Made by a program: the position numbers and the translations under genes. Of a stretch of 64,000 nucleotides of DNA, positions 35,161-48,744 are shown in pieces. The DNA comes from Anaeramoeba ignava BMAN. Lineage: Eukaryota > Protista > Anaeramoebae. Below the pieces are notes generated by a model that saw only the letters and a list, made by a program, of their open reading frames with translations, was not told where the DNA came from and did not search any database. The stretch spans positions 105,208 to 169,207 of the forward strand of contig JAPDFW010000120.1 in NCBI GenBank assembly GCA_028826165.1. The letters run 5' to 3'. Position 1 is the stretch's first letter. Every line of letters begins with the position of its first letter.

Positions 35161-37815
35161 ATGAAATCAATTCTTCTCATCTTCTTTTTATTCAATTTTC
35201 TTATTTTGATTAATTCAATTCAAACTCAAAAAACATCAAGATATTATTCTTATGAAGATGAAGCTTACATTTGGAATTTAATTGATAATTTAACAGGAAC
35301 CAATCAATTTGGATGGAGTGTTTCAATTTATGAAAATGTTACTGTTGTTGGATCTCCCTATGTAAACCAAGCATTCATTTACAGATATAATGGAACAAAT
35401 TTTGAACTTGAACAAACTTTGAATGGAACTGAAAGTTCAAATTTTGGTTTTAGTGTTTCAGTTTATGAAAATGTTACTGTTGTTGGAGCTTATGGTTCAA
35501 ATAAAACATATATCTATAGATATAATGGATCAATTTGGAATCTTGAACAAACTTTAAATGGAACTGAAGGTTCAAAATTTGGATGGAGTGTTTCAATTTA
35601 TGAGGATGTTATTGTTATTGGTGCTTGGGGTGAAAATAAAACATATATTTACAGATATAATGGATCAATTTGGAATCTTGAACAAATTTTGAATGGAACT
35701 GAAGTTACAAATTTTGGAGGGCGTGTTTTAGTTTATGAAAATGTTACTGTTGTTGGAGCTCATCTGTCAGATCAATTATTCATTTACAGATATAATGGAA
35801 CAGTTTGGAATCTTGAACAGAATTTTACTGGAACTCCAGGTTCAAAAATTGGATGGGGTGTTTCAGTTTATGAAAATGTTCTTGTTGTTGGAGCTCCTGG
35901 TTCAGGTCAAGTATTCATTTACAGATATAATGAATCAATTTGGAATCTTGAACAGAATTTTACTGGAACTTCAGGTTCATATTTTGGATGGAGTGTTTCA
36001 GTTTATGAAAATGTTCTTGTTATTGGAGCTTATTGGTCAAATAAAGCATTCATTTATAGATATAATGGATCAATTTGGAATCTTGAAAAAACTTTGAATG
36101 GACCTGATTTTTTTGGATGGAGTGTTTCAGTTTATGAAAATTTTACAGCTATTGGCAGTACATTCGAGTCTGAAGTATATGTTTATCAATTCACTTTTAT
36201 TCCACAAGTAAATCTTCATAATTGTTCATCTTTGTTTTCATCATTTGATTGTTATTGGGATCAAATTCAAATTCCAAATTTGAAATATCAAATCAATTTT
36301 GGATATGATTGGATTGATATTGATTCTCCAATTCTTAAAGATGGGAATGTTCTTTATCAATTATTCAATTCTTCATTTAACTCTAATATTACTGGAAATG
36401 AATATTATACAATCCAAATTCAAGTTTGTGATATTGAATCATTGAAATGTGGTGAAGTTTCTTCATTTGTTAATTTAACAACAAAAATTGATTCAGTAAA
36501 AGATTTTCAATTAGTAGATTCAACTTTTTATTCAGTTAATGCTTCATGGAATTATCCAAATGTTGTTATTGATGGAGGTATTCCTCATCTTGATCATTAT
36601 AATTTTTCTTATTTCAATACATCTGCTCCTGGATCAATTACATCAACTTCAATCGATAATTCATCAACTTCATATCTTTTTGATATTGAATGTGGAAATG
36701 ATTATAATGTTTCAATTTTTGGATGTAGAACACCAGAATGTGAAGCAGAAGATCAAGGAGAAGTTGTTGAATCATCAATTTCAATTCCATTTGAAAATAT
36801 TGAAAATTTAGGATGTTTAGTTTCAGTATCATTAAAGATATTTTGCTCTTGGACCAAACCAAATAATTGTAAAGATCCATCTTATTATAACTTCACTTAT
36901 CAAGCAATTTCAGGAAATGATTCAGAAAATTATCATCTAGGTTTAGGAAATAAAGAATTTATAGCGAAAATTCCTAATCAAGAATATCAAATCAATGTTT
37001 CAGCATGTAATTCAATGAATAAATGTGGAAATATTTCAACAACTTCAGTTACAACTGGAAATTTAACAACATCTCCAACAATTAATCAAGCAATTTCCAA
37101 AATTGAAGAAATTGAATTAAATTTCACAAAAGTATCAAATGCTAATAATTATTCAATTTCAATTTCACTTAATAATGAAACAAATTGGCAAAATTTCACA
37201 TCTCTTGATTTAAGTGGAAGTGAAGGAATTGGAAGAATAAGTGGAATATCTGGAAATATTGAATATAATATTTCAGTTTGTGGATGTATTGATTTGAAAT
37301 GTGAAATTTATTATTTAGGAGATCCAAGTTCATTTACATTAGAAACACCTAAATTAGGAAATATTACTTCATTAGATTGTTATGGAATAGTTAATGCATT
37401 TTTTTGTTCTTGGGATTCATTAAATTTAACAGATGGATTAAAAGGATATCTATTTAGATATAATTCAATAATGATTTGTTTATCAAGTTCAATTAATTAT
37501 CAATTAATTTCAGGAGTAAATGGAGGAGAAAATTATGATATTTCAGTTTATGCATCAGCTGATTCAAATTGTTATTATAATGAATATTCAGGAATTAGCT
37601 CGAATACTTCAGTCTCACCTTCATTACCAACTCAAACAAAAGAAAGTGCATCAAAAACACCAGTAATTGTTATGGGAGTTGTTATTCCAATTCTTGTTAT
37701 TGCATCTATTATTGGATTTATAATTTTGATTAAGAAACAAAAAAAAAGTATTAAAAGAATTATCAAAGAAAGAGAAAAAGAACTTGAAAAATCAGGAGGA
37801 ATTGAAATGATTTGA
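35161..37815 (+). CDS. Type-I membrane receptor 3 (FG-GAP-like propeller + FN3, 884 aa)
   Basis: Intact ORF with the same architecture. Confidence 0.9.
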   Translation: MKSILLIFFLFNFLILINSIQTQKTSRYYSYEDEAYIWNLIDNLTGTNQFGWSVSIYENVTVVGSPYVNQAFIYRYNGTNFELEQTLNGTESSNFGFSVSVYENVTVVGAYGSNKTYIYRYNGSIWNLEQTLNGTEGSKFGWSVSIYEDVIVIGAWGENKTYIYRYNGSIWNLEQILNGTEVTNFGGRVLVYENVTVVGAHLSDQLFIYRYNGTVWNLEQNFTGTPGSKIGWGVSVYENVLVVGAPGSGQVFIYRYNESIWNLEQNFTGTSGSYFGWSVSVYENVLVIGAYWSNKAFIYRYNGSIWNLEKTLNGPDFFGWSVSVYENFTAIGSTFESEVYVYQFTFIPQVNLHNCSSLFSSFDCYWDQIQIPNLKYQINFGYDWIDIDSPILKDGNVLYQLFNSSFNSNITGNEYYTIQIQVCDIESLKCGEVSSFVNLTTKIDSVKDFQLVDSTFYSVNASWNYPNVVIDGGIPHLDHYNFSYFNTSAPGSITSTSIDNSSTSYLFDIECGNDYNVSIFGCRTPECEAEDQGEVVESSISIPFENIENLGCLVSVSLKIFCSWTKPNNCKDPSYYNFTYQAISGNDSENYHLGLGNKEFIAKIPNQEYQINVSACNSMNKCGNISTTSVTTGNLTTSPTINQAISKIEEIELNFTKVSNANNYSISISLNNETNWQNFTSLDLSGSEGIGRISGISGNIEYNISVCGCIDLKCEIYYLGDPSSFTLETPKLGNITSLDCYGIVNAFFCSWDSLNLTDGLKGYLFRYNSIMICLSSSINYQLISGVNGGENYDISVYASADSNCYYNEYSGISSNTSVSPSLPTQTKESASKTPVIVMGVVIPILVIASIIGFIILIKKQKKSIKRIIKEREKELEKSGGIEMI

Positions 37816-37890
37816 TTTCTTTTTTTTTTCATTCATTTTTTTTTTCTCATCAAATTTTTTTTTCATTTTTTTCAATTCAAAAAATTAAAA

Positions 37891-40800
37891 ATGAATGATT
37901 TAAAAGATTTAAAAGATTTTTATTCAGGATATTTATTACAAAAATCTATTTTTCATCGATGGAATAAAAAATATATAAAAATAACAAATGAAAGAAAAAT
38001 TTATATTTTCAAAGAAAAAAATGATAAAAAAGCAAAACATGAATATCAATTATCAAGTTATGAAGTTAAAGAAACACCAATTTCTAAATTTAAAAAGGCA
38101 AATGTTTTTTATATTTCAATGAAAGATTTAAAAAGAAAGAAAAAGAAAATATATTTTTGTTGTAATGATCAAAGAGAAAGAAATAATTGGATTGAATCTA
38201 TTCATTATCTATTTAATCAACAGAAAAATGATATTAAACAAGCTTTAACAAATCAATCTTTACAAAATTTATCTCCAACTTCAATTCAGCCAGAGTATTT
38301 ATAAAATTATTTATAAAATTAAATATAAAATTAAATATAAAATTAAATATAAAATTAATTATAAAATTATTTATAAAATTAAATATAAAATTATTTATTA
38401 AATTAATTATAAAATTATTTATAAAATTAAATATAAAATTATTTATAAAATTAAATATAAAATTAATTATAAAATTATTTATAAAATTATTTATAAAATT
38501 AAATATAAAATTAAATATAAAATTAAATATAAAATTAATTATAAAATTAAATATAAAATTATTTATAAAATTATTAATAAAATTAAATATAAAATTAAAT
38601 ATAAAATTATTTATAAAAATTATTTATTAAATTATTTATAAAATTAAATATAAAATTAATTATAAAATTATTTATAAAATTAAATATAAAAATTAATTAT
38701 AAAATTATTTATAAAATTAAATATAAAATTAATTATAAAATTATTTATAAAATTAATTATAAAATTATTTATAAAATTAAATATAAAATTAATTATAAAA
38801 TTATTTATAAAATTAATTATTAAATTATTTATTAAATTAAATATAAAAATTAAATATAAAATTATTTTATAAAATTAAATATAAAATTATTTATAAAATT
38901 ATTTATAAAATTATTTATAAAATTATTTATAAAATTATTTATAAAAATTATTTATAAAATTATTTATAAAATTATTTATAAAATTATTTATAAAATTATT
39001 TATAAAATTAAATATAAAATTAAATATAAAATTAATTATAAAAATTAAATATAAAATTAATTATAAAATTATTTATAAAATTATTTATAAATTTATTTAT
39101 AAAATTATTTATAAAATTATTAATAAAATTAAATATAAAATTAATTATAAAATTAATTATAAAATTAAATATAAAATTAAATATAAAATTATTTATAAAA
39201 TTAATTATAAAATTATTTATTAAATTATTTATTAAATTATTTATTAAATTATTTATAAAATTAAATATAAAAATTAAATATAAAATTATTAATAAAATTA
39301 TTTATAAAATTATTTATAAAATTAAATATAAAATTATTTATAAAATTATTTATAAAATTAATTATAAAATTAATTATAAAATTATTTATAAAATTAATTA
39401 TAAAATTATTTATAAAATTATTTATAAAATTATTTATAAAATTATTTATAAAATTATTTTATTAAATTAAATTATAAAATTATTAATAAAATTATTTATA
39501 AAATTATTTATAAAATTAAATATAAAATTATTTATAAAATTAATTATAAAATTAATTCATATAAAATTATTAATAAAATTAAATATAAAATTAAATATAA
39601 AAATTAATTATAAAATTAAATATAAAATTAAAATATAAAATTAATTATAAAATTAATTATAAAATTAAATATAAAATTATTTATAAAATTAATTATAAAA
39701 ATTAAATATAAAATTAAATATAAAATTAATTATAAAATTAATTATAAAATTAATTATAAATTTATTTTATAAAATTAAAATATAAAATTAAATATAAAAT
39801 TAAATATAAAATTAATTATTAAATTAATTATAAAATTATTTATAAAATTAAATATAAAATTAATTATAAAATTAATTTATAAATTTATATATAAAAATTA
39901 AATATAAAATTAAATATAAAATTAAATATAAAATTAATTATTAAATTATTTATTAAATTAAATATAAAATTAAATATAAAATTATTTATAAAATTAAATA
40001 TAAAATTATTTATAAAATTATTTATAAAAATTATTTATAAAATTATTTATAAAATTATTTTATAAAATTATTTATAAAATTATTTATAAAATTATTTATA
40101 AAATTATTTATAAAAATTATTTATAAAATTAAATATAAAATTAATTATAAAATTAATTATAAAATTAAATATAAAATTAAATATAAAATTATTTATTAAA
40201 TTATTAATAAAATTAAATATAAAATTATTTATAAAATTATTTTATAAAATTATTTTATTAAATTATTTATAAAATTATTTATAAAATTAAATATAAAATT
40301 AATTATAAAAATTAATTATAAAATTAAATATAAAATTAAATATAAAATTATTTATAAAATTATTTATAAAATTATTAATAAAATTAATAATAAAATTATT
40401 TATAAAATTATTTTATAAAATTATTTATAAAATTATTTATAAAATTATTTATAAAATTAATTATAAAAATTATTTATAAAATTAATTATAAAATTAATTA
40501 TAAAATTATTTATAAAATTAAATATAAAATTAAATATAAAATTATTAATAAAATTAAATATAAAATTATTTATAAAATTAATTATAAAATTAATTATAAA
40601 ATTATTAATAAAAATTAAATATAAAAATTATATATAAAATTATTTATAAAATTATTTATAAAATTATTTATAAAATTATTTATAAAATTAAATATAAAAT
40701 TATTTATAAAATTATTTATAAAATTATTTATAAAATTATTTATAAAATTATTTATAAAATTAAATATAAAATTAAATATAAAATTATTTATAAAATTAAA

Positions 40801-43800
40801 TATAAAATTAAATATAAAATTATTTATAAAATTAAATATAAAATTATTTATAAAATTATTTATAAAATTAATTATAAAATTATTTATAAAATTAAATATA
40901 AAATTATTTTATAAAATTAAATATAAAATTAAATATAAAATTATTTATAAAATTTATTATAAAATTATTTATAAAATTATTTATAAAATTAATTATAAAA
41001 TTATTTATAAAATTATTTATAAAATTAAATATAAAATTATTTTATAAAATTAATTATAAAATTATTTATAAAATTAATTATAAAATTATTAATAAAATTA
41101 TTTATAAAATTATATATAAAAATTATTTATAAAATTATTTATAAAATTAAATATAAAATTATTTATAAAATTAATTATAAAATTAATTATAAAATTATTA
41201 ATAAAATTAAATATAAAATTATTTATAAATTTATTTTATAAATTTATATATAAAATTATATATAAAAATTATTTATAAAATTATTAATAAAATTAATTAT
41301 AAAATTAAATATAAAATTATTTATAAAATTATTTTATAAAATTAAATATAAAATTAAAATATAAAATTATTTATAAAATTATTTATAAAATTAAATATAA
41401 AATTAAATATAAAATTCTTCAATTATAAAATTAATTATAAAATTATTAATAAAATTATTTATAAAATTATTTTATAAAATTAAATATAAAATTATTTTAT
41501 AAAATTATTTATAAAATTATTTATAAAATTAAATATAAAATTATTTATAAAATTATTTATAAAATTAATTATAAAATTAATTATAAAATTAAATATAAAA
41601 TTATTTATAAAATTATTTATAAAATTATTTATAAAATTAATTATAAAATTATTTATAAAATTAAATATAAAATTATTAATAAAATTAAATATAAAATTAA
41701 ATATAAAATTAATTATAAAATTAAATATAAAATTATTTATAAAATTAATTATAAAATTAAATATAAAATTATTTATAAAATTATTTATAAAATTATTTAT
41801 AAAATTATTTTATAAAATTATTTATAAAATTATTTATAAAATTATTTATAAAATTATTTATTAAATTAAATATAAAATTAAATATAAAATTAAATATAAA
41901 ATTAAATATAAAATTATTTATAAAATTATTTATAAAATTAAATATAAAATTAAATATAAAATTAATTATAAAATTAATTATAAAATTATTTATAAAATTA
42001 TTTTATAAAATTATTAATAAAATTAAATATAAAAATATATATAAAATTATTTTATAAAATAATTATAAAATTAATTATAAAAAAATTTATAAAAATTAAA
42101 TATAAAATTAAATATAAAATTAAATATAAAATTAAATATAAAATTATTTATAAAATTATTTATAAAATTATTTATAAAATTATTTATAAAATTATTTATA
42201 AAATTAAATATAAAATTAAATATATAAAATTATTTATAAAATTATTTATAAAATTATTTATAAAATTATTTATAAAAATTAAATATAAAAATTAAATATA
42301 AAATTATTTATTAAATTATTAATAAAATTAAATATAAAATTATTTTATAAAATTATTTATAAAATTATTTATTAAATTATTAATAAAAATTATATATAAA
42401 ATTATTTATAAAATTATTTATAAAATTATTTATAAAATTATTAATAAAATTAAATATAAAATTATATATAAAATTATTTTATAAAATTAATTATAAAATT
42501 AATTATAAAATTCATTTATAAAATTTAAATATAAAATTAAATATAAAATTATTAATAAAAATTAAATATAAAATTATTTATAAAATTATTTTATAAAATT
42601 ATTAAAAAAAATTATTTATAAAATTATTTATTAAATTATTTATAAAATTATTTATAAAATTATTAATAAAATTTAAATATAAAAATTATTTATAAAATTA
42701 AATATAAAAATTAAATATAAAATTATTAATAAAATTAAATATAAAATTAAATATAAAATTAATTATAAAATTATATATAAAAATTATTTATATAAAATTA
42801 TTTTATAAAATTATTTATAAAATTAATTATAAAATTAAAATATAAAATTAAATATAAAATTATTTATAAAATTATTTATAAAATTATTAATAAAAATTAT
42901 ATATAAAATTATTTATAAAATTATTTATAAAAATTAAATATAAAATTATTTATAAAATTATTTATAAAATTATTTATAAAATTATTTATAAAATTAAATA
43001 TAAAATTATTTATAAAATTATTTATAAAATTAAATATAAAATTAAATATAAAATTATTTTATAAAATTAAATATAAAATTAAATATAAAATTAAATATTA
43101 AAATTAATTATAAAATTATTAATAAAATTATTTATAAAATTATTTATAAAATTAAATATAAAATTATTTATAAAATTATTTATAAAATTATTAATAAAAT
43201 TAAATATAAAATTATTTATAAAATTATTTTATAAAATTAATTATAAAATTAATTATAAAATTAAATATAAAATTATTTATAAAATTATTTATAAAAATTA
43301 ATAATAAAATTAATAATAAAATTATTTATAAAATTAAATATAAAATTAAATATAAAATTAAATATAAAATTATTTATAAAATTAATTATAAAATTGAAAT
43401 AATTAAATATAAAATTAAATATAAAATTATATATAAAATTAAATATAAAATTATTTATCAAATTATTTATAAAATTATTAATAAAATTAAATATAAAATT
43501 AAATATAAAAATTATTTATAAAATTAAATATAAAATTATTTTATAAAATTATTTATAAAATTATTTTATAAAATTAAATATAAAATTATTTATAAAATTA
43601 AATATAAAATTATTTATAAAATTATTTATTAAATTATTTATAAAATTATTTATAAAATTATTTATTAAAATTATTTATTAAATTATTTATAAAATTAAAT
43701 ATAAAAATTATTTATAAAATTATTTATAAAATTATTTATAAAATTATTTATAAAATTATTTATAAAAATTATTTATAAAATTAAATATTAAATTATTTAT

Positions 43801-46800
43801 TAAATTATTTATAAAATTAATTATAAAATTATTAATAAAATTAAATATAAAATTATTTATAAAATTATTTATAAAAATTAAATATAAAAATTATTTATAA
43901 AAATTATTTATAAAATTATTAATAAAATTAAATATAAAATTAATTATATAAAATTAATTATAAAATTAAATATAAAATTAAATATAAAATTATTTATAAA
44001 ATTAATTATAAAATTATTTATTAAATTATTTATTAAATTATTTATAAAATTAATTATAAAATTATTAATAAAATTAAATATAAAATTATTTATAAAATTA
44101 TTTATAAAATTAAATATAAAATTATTTATAAAATTATTTATAAAATTAATTATAAAATTAATTATAAAATTATTTATAAAATTATTTATAAAATTATTTA
44201 TAAAATTATTTATAAAATTATTTATTAAATTATTTATAAAATTATTTATTAAATTAAATATAAAATTAAATATAAAATTAAATATAAAATTTAAAATAAA
44301 ATAAATTTAAGTCGCAAAAAAAGAATAAGTAAACCACTTTCACCAAGTTCTCCTTTTAAAACATTAACAAGTTATACTGAAGATTTTTTTGATGAAGACA
44401 AAGAAATTCCAGATTTTCTTGATGATGCTCCTGATTGGAATCAATCAATCAAAAATCTAATGGAACAATTAAAACAAAATGAAACAAATATTGAAAAATA
44501 TAATGAAATTATGGATTTAATTGGAAATTTCCTTCAAACAGCAACTTATTGCGCTCAAACAATTATTGATGAATATCCATTGAAAAAATCAGATAAAACT
44601 TTTAAACCTCTATTCAAATCAAAAGAAAATCATCAACTAAAAAAACAATTTCATCAACAAGAACATTTTGAAGATGATCAATTCCAAGAAATTCAATATG
44701 AATCCTCAGGACTAACTTTCAAATTTTATCACAAATATAAACCAGAATTGGAAAATGAAGAACTTTCAATGAAAATGGCAAATCATTTGATTCAAAATGG
44801 AAAATTTATCCAAGAAGCAAATATTCTTGGAATTCAAATACCTTTACAATGTATTGTTGATTACAAAGGATTTAGAATGCATATCTCTGCAAAATTACCT
44901 CAAGATAAAGAACCTGTGAAATTAAAAGATATTCAAAATTTGCAACTTAAACAAAAAATTGATTTACTTCTTCGAAAATATGGAATTGCAATGAATGATG
45001 AAATTATGGAATCAATTCAAGTTATTGAGCTTTCAGGAAATGAAAATTATTTGTTAAATGTTGAAAAATTTTTTCCAAATGAGAAATCAAAATCAAAATC
45101 AAAATCAATTGAAATTAAAAATTTAAAGGAAAATGTAGTCAATAGAATAAGACCAGAATTGCTTGTTGATATTATTAAAAATAACACAAATCAAAATGAA
45201 AATGATGATATCTCTCAAATTGCTTCTGATTACTTATTTTCAAATACTTTGCCTAATTTTATTTTACAAACAGATGATTTGAAAATTATCCCACTTGATT
45301 CTGAGGAATTGAAAAAAGAAATGCATAAAAATGGGATTAATATGAGGCATTTAGGAGTTCTTGCGAATTTGACTAAAATACCTCATGTTAGACAACTTTT
45401 TATGATTGATATGATTGCACGAATATGCAAAAAAATTCTATTCCAACAATTAAGAAAAACAAGCAAAAGAATCAAGAATATTGAATCAAAAGAATTTCCT
45501 AATTTGGAAGTTACTGAATTTGACAAGAAAATTATGGATTCAAAAGAAGAAACGGAAACAATATCAAACCAAAAGCAAATCGTTTTCCAAACACCCAATA
45601 AAAGCATCAAAAAGAATCTATTTTCGGAATTCAACACACCTCAAAATCAAAAAACAATCAATCGGATTAACGATAATGTTTCAACAGTTGTTATTGATTT
45701 TTTCAATTTGGTTCTTGGATCTTCAGAGGAATGCGAAATGTACTGGAATTCTGTTTTGATTCCTTCAGTTGAAAAGAAATTTGGATTTAAAATTGAGTAT
45801 TTTCTTGTTCACAAACCAGCTTTATTTTTATCAATGCAATATCACACTGGCGTTGAATTTCTTGATAGTGATGAATATGATTTCACAAAAGAATTACCAG
45901 TTGAAAAACAAGATTTTATTGCAATTCACCCAAAGCCAAAGATATTTTATAATGAGAATATATTTGATGGAAAAATTCCAAGCAATTTAAATGAGCATAA
46001 TCAAATGATCCAAAATTTGAACTTCAAGCTTTCTGTTCAGAAATCAATATATGGTATTGAGAACATGGAAGTATCACGAATACTAACAAAACTATCAAAT
46101 TTACATTTCGAACAAAAAGATTACTCAAACTCAATATTATGTGCAAATGCAGCACTTGGAGCTTCAAGAAAATTTCATGGTTTCATTTCTTTAACTTACT
46201 TGATTTTAATGAAAGCAAAATACCAAGTCGGAGACACTAAATCCGCCATTGAATGCTTCAAATACTCACTTGATGCAATACGGTTCCATTTGACAGAATA
46301 TCATCCTTTATTAATCGATGCTTATAATGAAATTGCTCATCTTTATCAAAGAGAAAATAATATCCAGTATGCTTTGAAATTTTATACAAAAGCACTTGAA
46401 TTATCCAAAAAAGTTATTGGAATTGCTCATTCAAAAACAGCTTGGTGCTTTTTTTATGTTGGAGGATGTTATATCAAGACAAACAATTTTCAGGATGCTT
46501 TATCAAATTTGGAAAGTGGATTGGCTGTTATTGATTCTTTATTTGGAAAGCAAAATTTTTCTGCTTCAATTTTCCATTTTATTATTTCCGAAATTTTGGT
46601 TTCAAAAAGGAGATCTTTTAAAAAGCAAAAGAGCACAATGAAAAAGTGATAGAAATCCAAAAAAACGCATTTAATTTGGTTCAGGAATTAAAACTCGAAA
46701 ATGAAATTGTGAATAAAAACCAAATCCAAAATCAAGTTCAACATGAAATTGAAAGAATTTGAGGATATTTTTAAAGGAAGTGAAAAAGAGTATGGAAAAT

Positions 46801-47256
46801 CAGAAATCAAAGTTATTCTTGTTAAAAGTATTGTTCAAATGGGTTATATTTATGAAAAATGGGAGAAAAATTTAAAATCAAATGATTTTTATGAAGAAGC
46901 ACTTTCATTTTTAAAGGAAATGGAAGAAGAAGACGATGAAAATTCTTGAACAAATTCAATTCATAACAAGAGCAATTTTGAATTTAATTTTTAGAACACT
47001 TCAATTGAAAAACAAGTTATTCTTGATAAGATCAAATTGGAAGAAATTCAAGGAAAATCTCAAACTTTGAAATTTCCAATTACAAAAGAATTATTTGAAG
47101 ATATTGTTGTTGAAATTTTTGGTCAAGATCAAATTAAGAAATATGTTTATGATTTGATTGAAGATTTTATTCAAAACGGAAATAAAGCTTTTGAAGAAGT
47201 TAAGATGCGTTTATTTAATTTCTAAAGGAGAAGATCTTTCCATGTTTGAAAATTAA
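37891..47256 (+). CDS. PH + CLU (clueless/eIF3-p135-like) + TPR protein; exon1 37891-38294, intron 38295-44311, exon2 from 44312 (frameshifts after ~46600)
   Basis: PH: GYLLQKS..RWNKKY...ERNNWIESI. The phase-2 join GA|gt..ag|T is in frame with ORF 44460. CLU motifs DWNQ, PLQCIVDYKGFR, RIRPELL and MHKNGINMRHLG...MIAR..K, followed by TPRs. Confidence 0.85.
38297..44290. repeat. ~6-kb intronic 12-bp satellite (ATAAAATT + ATTT/AAAT/AATT), essentially pure A/T
   Basis: Five units per 60 nt; only a handful of C/G bases are visible. Confidence 0.97.
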
Positions 47257-47409
47257 AACAAAGCAAAATTAAGTAAAAAAAGCAAAAAAATTTTTGGAAT
47301 AAAAAAAAAAAGCAAAAAAAGTGGAACAAAATTGGAACAAAATTTCTAACAAAAAAAAAATAATAAAATTTTAATTAAAAATTATTTAATTTCTTTTTCA
47401 TTTTTCAAT

Positions 47410-48468
47410 TCATTTTTGTCTTCTTGATTGATGAAGTTGATTATCAAAAGGTGAAGAATTTTTATGTTTTCTTTCATGTTTTCTTTCATGTTTTCTTGAA
47501 TGATAATTATGATAATTATGATAATTATGATGATTTCTTGAATGATGTTTATTTTTGTGATTTTCAATTTTTTCTTTTATATTTTCATTTTTAATTAGAT
47601 TTGAAATATTTTTTGTTTGTATTTCTTTTTCTTTTTCTTTTTCTTTTTCTTTTTCTTTATCTTTTTCTTTTTCTATTAATTCCTTTAATTGTTCTCTTTC
47701 ATTTATTTCAATTTTTTCACGTTTTTTTTGTAATTCTTGTTGAATTCTATCGTGTTCATCCTTTTATAATTTTAATTTTAATTTTAATTTTAATTTTAAT
47801 TTTAATTTTAATTTTGATTTTAAAATGAATTTTAATTTTAATTTTAATTTTAATTTTAATTTTAATTTTAATTTTAAAATGAATTTTAATTTTAAAATGA
47901 ATTTTAATTTTAAATTTTAATTTTAAAATAAATTTTAATTTTGATTTTAAAATGAAATTTGATTTTAAAATTTTAAATCACTTTTTGTTGTTTAATTTCA
48001 AGCTTTGTTTGATTAAGTAAAGAAGAAGGAATTCCACCGACACTATTTTGAGCATCAAGAAGCATTTTCCAGAGTTCTTTCATAAACTGGCCAGTATCTC
48101 TATCCATAAAGCCAGTAAGTTGAACTTGCATTTGTTTTGGATCAGGAAATCGCGTTTCTTCAAGAAGCGCAATTGCAAATTCAGCTAAAACTTCATCTTC
48201 AATTACTAAATCATATATTTTCTGTGTGATCCATGGAATCACACTTTCTAATTTGATTTTTTTCATGTCTACTTGCTTATTAAATATTTTCGGAAATTTT
48301 ATTGTTTCTATTAATTTTTTATCTTTATTTGTAAATCTTCCATCTTGTTCAAAAGAAGTTCCCTTTTATTTTGTTTTGATTTGTGTTTTTAATCCAAATT
48401 TATATTTTATTTTTTTCATTTGAAAATTTTTAATTGGAAAAAAAATTTACTCTAAAAGAATCACTCAT
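47410..48468 (-). CDS. PWI-domain splicing factor (SRRM1/SRm160-like), 3 exons
   Basis: MSDSFR|GTSFEQDGRF..K.KKL....KFP..F...VDMKK.KL..I.PWI...DPKQMQVQLTGFM....FMKELWKMLL.AQ...GIP. Confidence 0.88.
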
Positions 48469-48744
48469 AATTTAAAAAAAGAAAAAGAAAAAAATGAAAA
48501 AAAAAAATGGAAAAAAAAAACTTTTTTTTAATTTGAAATTTTTTCATTTTTAATAAATAAAACTCTTAAGTTCTTTTCATTTCTTTTCAAAATAATAATT
48601 TTTTAAAAAAATCTATCAAAAAAATTAATTAAAAAAAAAAATTTTTTTATTTCTTTTTTTTTTTTCATTTTTTTTTTTGTGTTATTTTTTTTGACTTTTT
48701 TTCTTTTAAATATTTTATTTTTTTGGATAATTCAATTTATAAAA

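Noticed and set aside
27640-37815. Integrin alpha subunits
   Set aside because: No DxD/NxDG Ca-binding loops or GFFKR motif, and the stalk is FN3-like.
16545-37815. Diversity-generating retroelement behind the loop variation
   Set aside because: No reverse transcriptase or template repeat is visible, and the changes are not adenine-specific.
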